Shown here: piece after piece, positions 59,819 to 64,000 of the stretch
How positions within the stretch are numbered: position 1 is the stretch's first letter
Layout: every line of letters starts with the position of its first letter
NCBI GenBank assembly: GCA_903831745.1
Contig: CAIKYX010000260.1
Location: 16,433-80,432 of the forward strand
Reading direction: 5' to 3'
DNA: 64,000 nt
Origin: Oligoflexia bacterium
GTDB lineage: Bacteria > Bdellovibrionota > UBA1018 > CAIMNF01
Program-made: the position numbers and the translations under genes
The notes under the pieces: model-generated
Database searches by the model: none
Told to the model about the DNA's origin: nothing
The model's input: the letters and a program-made list of their open reading frames with translations, nothing else

Positions 59819-60586
59819 TTACTCTTCAGTAGTAGAATAAGTTTTTAATTTTGAGATTCGGGCTGAGAGCTTTTCTTTGACCAGCGGATCAATTCGGGCG
59901 CTGGCTTCATAAATTTCATACTCTTGTGCAGCTTCCGCTGGTTCATTGATATTTTCGAGTGCGACCGCCAGGTTAAAATGACCTTCAGTCAGCTTGGGGT
60001 TCAAAATCAGGCTTTTTTGCAGGTAACTCACGGCTTCGTCATACTGATGAAGCGCAAGACTTAACGATCCCAGATTATTGTAGATCGTCGCCAGCACCGT
60101 TTGAGGCGTGTTTTCTAGATGCAGGGCCTCGATGAATATTTTTTTAGCGACCGGGTATTCCTTCAGTTTAAAATGAACCATTCCAAGATTATTCAAAATT
60201 TCTGCCGAATGTGGATAGTTTTTAGCGAGAGACTCGAGGCTCTCCAAAGCACCGTTGTAATCCTGAAGCTCGAACGAATGAATCGCACTTCGACTCACTC
60301 GAAGATCAGCGGGTTCAGCCACTTTTTCAGCTCCAATACCAGGAACCAAGGGCTTCTCTGCTTTGACTGCGATCTGAACCGCCCGAAGCTTGAGTTGAAC
60401 CACACGAACTCCCAAATAGGCTGAAGCCACGAAAAACAGGCCCATCAGCGCAAGTCGAACGCGCGAGATCTTTTTCTTACCGTCAAAAATCACCGGAGGA
60501 GGCGGTGGAACCACCCGTAAATCGGGCCGCCCGTTCGCGACTTCCTCGGTCTTTTCTTGAAATAACTGTTTTAGCACTCGACTCAT
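59819..60586 (-). CDS. TPR-repeat protein, membrane-anchored (MshN/PilF-like candidate)
   Basis: 255 aa with a Pro-rich N-terminus, one TM segment (LALMGLFFVASAYLGVRVV) and at least 4 TPR motifs. Confidence 0.6.
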   Translation of the reverse strand: MSRVLKQLFQEKTEEVANGRPDLRVVPPPPPVIFDGKKKISRVRLALMGLFFVASAYLGVRVVQLKLRAVQIAVKAEKPLVPGIGAEKVAEPADLRVSRSAIHSFELQDYNGALESLESLAKNYPHSAEILNNLGMVHFKLKEYPVAKKIFIEALHLENTPQTVLATIYNNLGSLSLALHQYDEAVSYLQKSLILNPKLTEGHFNLAVALENINEPAEAAQEYEIYEASARIDPLVKEKLSARISKLKTYSTTEE

Positions 60587-60682
60587 ATCTGTCTCCCCTT
60601 CATTTCGGCGAAAGCGTCAAAAATCTTGAATGTTTTTTGACGCTCTAGCCAGCGGGCGTCCCTGCTGTATATAATTGAATTC

Positions 60683-62218
60683 ATGAATCTGCTTCGCTCT
60701 TCCAAAGGCTTTACTTTGGTCGAACTCGTGATGGTGCTCGGAATGATCAGCATTTTTGCTGTGCTATCCATATCGCTCATCAGCAGCACTACTGATCAGT
60801 CCCGCTTCGAAAAGACGGTCGAACAAATGAAGCAAATCCGCGAAGGCCTGATCGGATCCGTAAATCACGAAAATTCGGGTCACCAACGCTCGTTCGGATA
60901 TTTGGGTGATATCGGCGATTTGCCCTCGACCGCAGATGGTATCAACGGACTGATTAAGAACCTTCGTTATTCTTCGTGGTCGATGGACCCCGCATCGAGA
61001 ATCGGTGTAGGTTGGAACGGGCCTTACCTTCAACATATTTCAGACACCGGCAATAATTTTCTCGTCGACGGCTGGGGAAATCCTTTTATTTATGACAACA
61101 CGATCGACCCTGCCACGATTACGAGTTATGGCGCAGACGGAGCTCCCTTTGGAACCGGATACAACTCCGATATCGTGGTTCAGATTCCCTATTCTACTTC
61201 GACTGGAACACTTCACGGAGTGATCTTGAACAGTGGCGTTGCATGGGATAGCGACGCCCAGATTGTGGTGAACTATCCGTATGAGGGTACTGTCACTCAA
61301 CTTCCGGCGATCACCGTCGCACCGGGCGATGTGGGCGCATTCACTACTCCACAAACCATTCCGTTCGGCGTCAGGTCTGCGATGGTTTACTTACCCACCC
61401 AAGCAGGTGCAACCACCACGCTCGGCCCGGTGATCTTTACGATGGATAAACCGGATACGTTGGTAAAGTTTGATATTGTAAATGCGACCGGAACACCGGC
61501 CCCACTTTGTACCTCGGCCATGCTTGCTGCGAGCTGGACCCCGGAATATGCTTCAATTACCCATTATATTCCGATGGACGATTGCACCGCCGGCATGTCG
61601 CCCGCCTGCGAAGACATGATTACCGGAAATCCAACTGCGCTGACCTTGAATGGCTCGGCCGTGATTGGCGCTGGTAACTTTAGCACGCAGGGTCTGATTT
61701 GCGATGGCACCGCACTTTGCGATGCCCAACTGCAAGCACCGCTCTTGACTCGAAACTTTACCATCGCATTTTGGTACAATCCCAATTCAATCGGTGCAGC
61801 TAACCAATACCGTCCGTTTGGCGGAGGAGAATCGATCGCCGGAAATAACGGAATCGATTTTATCATCAATGACGGAACCGGAGCAAAAGTGATGTTCAGA
61901 AATGCCGGTACCAATTTTGATTTTTCGTGTGGAGCCTCTCCGCCGACCGGAATCTGGGAACACGTGGTCATTACCTCATCGTCCGCACTGGGAACATTCT
62001 GCTACCGGAACGGCGTCTTACGCGGAGCTAATCCGGCCGCAAAAATCACCACCCTCCTTCCGGGAGCCGAAGCCAATTTTGTTTACATCGGCAGCAGTGG
62101 AGACGGAGACCTGGGCGGAAGCTCTTTCGATGGCGCCGTAGATGACTACGCAATCTGGAACGTCATGCTGACCCCTCCGGAAGTAAGAACCGTCTACAAT
62201 TGTCAATCCAGCTTTTGA
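60683..62218 (+). CDS. Pseudopilin fused to a C-terminal LamG/concanavalin-A-like lectin domain (candidate pilus tip adhesin)
   Basis: 511 aa with …SSKG|FTLVELVMVLGMISIFAV (prepilin motif, E at +5). The central region is paralogous to 47729..48613. The C-terminal LamG-like signature reads …GTFCYRNGVL…FDGAVDDYAIWNVMLTPPEV. Confidence 0.65.
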   Translation: MNLLRSSKGFTLVELVMVLGMISIFAVLSISLISSTTDQSRFEKTVEQMKQIREGLIGSVNHENSGHQRSFGYLGDIGDLPSTADGINGLIKNLRYSSWSMDPASRIGVGWNGPYLQHISDTGNNFLVDGWGNPFIYDNTIDPATITSYGADGAPFGTGYNSDIVVQIPYSTSTGTLHGVILNSGVAWDSDAQIVVNYPYEGTVTQLPAITVAPGDVGAFTTPQTIPFGVRSAMVYLPTQAGATTTLGPVIFTMDKPDTLVKFDIVNATGTPAPLCTSAMLAASWTPEYASITHYIPMDDCTAGMSPACEDMITGNPTALTLNGSAVIGAGNFSTQGLICDGTALCDAQLQAPLLTRNFTIAFWYNPNSIGAANQYRPFGGGESIAGNNGIDFIINDGTGAKVMFRNAGTNFDFSCGASPPTGIWEHVVITSSSALGTFCYRNGVLRGANPAAKITTLLPGAEANFVYIGSSGDGDLGGSSFDGAVDDYAIWNVMLTPPEVRTVYNCQSSF

Positions 62219-62342
62219 AAAAGCTACCAAAACACTCGGGATTTTTAAATTCAATGTATTTATTAATTCGCTCTTTTTTTATTCCCCGCCCAGAATTTCA
62301 GAGACTTAAAGGTCCTGTTTAAGGCAAAATGGTAGACAAATC

Positions 62343-63083
62343 ATGAGTCAAATCGAAGCCGTTCTACTCACCGACATCGGGGTAAAACGAAAACAAAATC
62401 AAGATGCAGGACTGATCCGGACGGACCTCGATTTTTATATCGTCGCGGATGGAATGGGCGGACACCAGGGCGGCGAAATCGCAAGCAAACTCTGTGTCGA
62501 CGAAGTGGCTGCGCACGTCGAAAAAACCAATAAAACTGCCGAAGACAACGTCATTCTTTATCAAGGACTCATGATCGCCAATCAAAAGGTAAATGAAATG
62601 GCGGTCCGAGAACCCCACCTTCATGGCATGGGCACCACGGCCACTGTCCTTAAAATTACCGATAGAACCGCCACGATCTTGCAAGTGGGCGACAGTCGCG
62701 CTTATTTCTTTAATCGGGACGGAATCTGGCAAATCACGCGAGATCATTCGCTCGTGCAGGAAAAATTGCGCGCAGGGCTAATTACCCGGGCCCAACTGAA
62801 AACCGATGACATGAAAAACGTCATCACCAGGTCCGTGGGATACGAGCTTCAAATGAAGGCCGACGCCTTTCAACTCACCCTCGAGGCCGGTGATGGCTTT
62901 CTCCTCTGTTCTGACGGGCTTTCGGGCCCCATCGAAGATGCCCAGTTGTTTGAATTTCTTGAAGAAACCATCACTTCTGGGGTAAGCTTGAAAGACTCCG
63001 CAGCAAAAATGATCGCAGAAGCGAACCGCCGGGGCGGGCTCGACAACGTAACGGTTTTACTCGTGAGAGTGAACGGGTTTTAA
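62343..63083 (+). CDS. PP2C-family Ser/Thr protein phosphatase
   Basis: 246 aa with ADGMGGHQGGEIAS, …GTTATVL…, DSRAYF and LLCSDGL (PPM motifs). Confidence 0.85.
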   Translation: MSQIEAVLLTDIGVKRKQNQDAGLIRTDLDFYIVADGMGGHQGGEIASKLCVDEVAAHVEKTNKTAEDNVILYQGLMIANQKVNEMAVREPHLHGMGTTATVLKITDRTATILQVGDSRAYFFNRDGIWQITRDHSLVQEKLRAGLITRAQLKTDDMKNVITRSVGYELQMKADAFQLTLEAGDGFLLCSDGLSGPIEDAQLFEFLEETITSGVSLKDSAAKMIAEANRRGGLDNVTVLLVRVNGF

Positions 63084-63102
63084 AGGACGATTTTTAAACG
63101 AT

Positions 63103-64000
63103 ATGGCACTGAACCGGTTTTACACCATCATGATTATCCCAGAGAACTCCTCGAAACCGAGGCAGTATCAGATTCCTGCTTGGGTGGTACGAGCCTCGCT
63201 GGTTTCACTTCCGATTCTGGTCATCATCGGCATTACCCTTTTCCTCGACTACCGTTTTGTGGCCAACCAGGTGTTCGAGAATCGCGAACTGCAATCCGAA
63301 AACCGCAAGCTCCGCCAGAATGTTCAGCTTTACCAAAACCGCATGGAGTCTCTCGAGTCGAGCCTGGATCGTATTGAAAACTTTTCAGCTCGTCTAAAAA
63401 TGATCACGAACCTGATGGATCGGGACAATCTTTCGCAACTCATCGAGGCATCACCTCCCAATGCAAGCAGCAATATTTCAGGAAACGACGCGACTGCAGG
63501 CGGAGCGAGCCCCCCCCTTTCTTCCTTCGACTTGCAGTTCGAAAAAGTCAGCACCCAGGCTACGGGCCTCGAATTCAATTTGCACAATCTCTACGAGCTT
63601 CTGTCTGACCAAAAGTCATTCTTGAATGCGCTTCCAACTAAAAAGCCCGCAGACGGTTTTTTAACCTCGGGATTCGGTGTTCGGGTTTCTCCGATCGGCG
63701 AGGCTGTAGAAAAGATGCATGAAGGTCTGGATATCGCGAATTCAGTCGGAACGCCGATTCGCGCTCCTGCCCAAGGAACCATTTCATTTGCCGGACGTAA
63801 ATCCGGTTATGGACAAATCGTCATCGTCGACCACGGCTATGGACTCGAAACCTGGTATGGCCATACTTCGAAAATCCTGGTCAAGCTCGGGCAACTCGTG
63901 CGCCGAGGACAACAAATCGCCCTCATCGGTAACTCCGGTGGCTCAACTGGCCCTCACGTTCATTACGAAGTGCGCGTGCACGGCATTCCGGTCGACCCAT
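63103..64000 (+). CDS. M23-family metallopeptidase (murein endopeptidase), partial; runs off the window end. N-terminal TM and coiled-coil.
   Basis: ATG at 63103 and an open frame to 64000. It is not in the ORF track because there is no stop inside the window. M23 motifs: HEGLDI (HxxxD) and GSTGPHVHYEV (HxH). Confidence 0.75.
   Translation, partial: MALNRFYTIMIIPENSSKPRQYQIPAWVVRASLVSLPILVIIGITLFLDYRFVANQVFENRELQSENRKLRQNVQLYQNRMESLESSLDRIENFSARLKMITNLMDRDNLSQLIEASPPNASSNISGNDATAGGASPPLSSFDLQFEKVSTQATGLEFNLHNLYELLSDQKSFLNALPTKKPADGFLTSGFGVRVSPIGEAVEKMHEGLDIANSVGTPIRAPAQGTISFAGRKSGYGQIVIVDHGYGLETWYGHTSKILVKLGQLVRRGQQIALIGNSGGSTGPHVHYEVRVHGIPVDP

Noticed and set aside
50309-62218. Classifying the cluster as a canonical T2SS (Gsp) operon
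   Set aside because: PilM/PilN/PilO/PilP-like genes and two major-pilin-like paralogs are present, while GspC/GspL/GspK-sized proteins are absent. The mixed T4aP/MSHA-like signature is therefore kept as the call, with T2SS-like function left as a hypothesis.

Overview
This is a 64-kb chromosomal window from a Gram-negative bacterium at roughly 48-50% GC. The gene content (PrkA-YeaH-SpoVR module, class II RNR, PPK1, histone-H1-like protein, giant adhesin, type IV pilus genes) would fit a Bdellovibrio-like deltaproteobacterium, but that cannot be verified from sequence alone. The first ~29 kb is largely housekeeping (partial sensor histidine kinase, FKBP, UDG, pseudouridine synthases, peroxiredoxin, PAP2, LOG, cysE, fabI, nrdJ, ppk, the prkA-yeaH-spoVR operon). 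It also carries one intact IS3-family insertion with a 3-bp target-site duplication and an A6C frameshift site, plus a ~100-nt strand-asymmetric structured-RNA candidate downstream of nrdJ. The accessory part is a 17.8-kb gene (29424..47246) for a 5,940-aa secreted giant protein. That protein has tandem Ig-like (Big) repeats followed by three ~1,400-aa mega-repeats, each combining a Calx-beta-like module, GLUG-type beta-helix repeats and an Ig-like module. Immediately downstream lies an MSHA-like type IV pilus / type II secretion-like gene cluster (47729..62218). It encodes two major pilins, four pseudopilins (one fused to a LamG lectin-like domain), PilM/N/O/P, a secretin, a GspF/PilC platform protein and a GspE/PilB ATPase with an MshEN-like N-terminal domain. 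Accessory genes are an ExeA/MshM-like AAA ATPase, an OmpA-C peptidoglycan-binding protein and a TPR protein. Next to the cluster are a PP2C phosphatase and an M23 peptidase. My main hypothesis is that this pilus/secretion apparatus and the neighbouring giant adhesin act as one surface-adhesion system. Two partial genes run off the window edges and are absent from the ORF track (HK at the 5' edge, M23 peptidase at the 3' edge).
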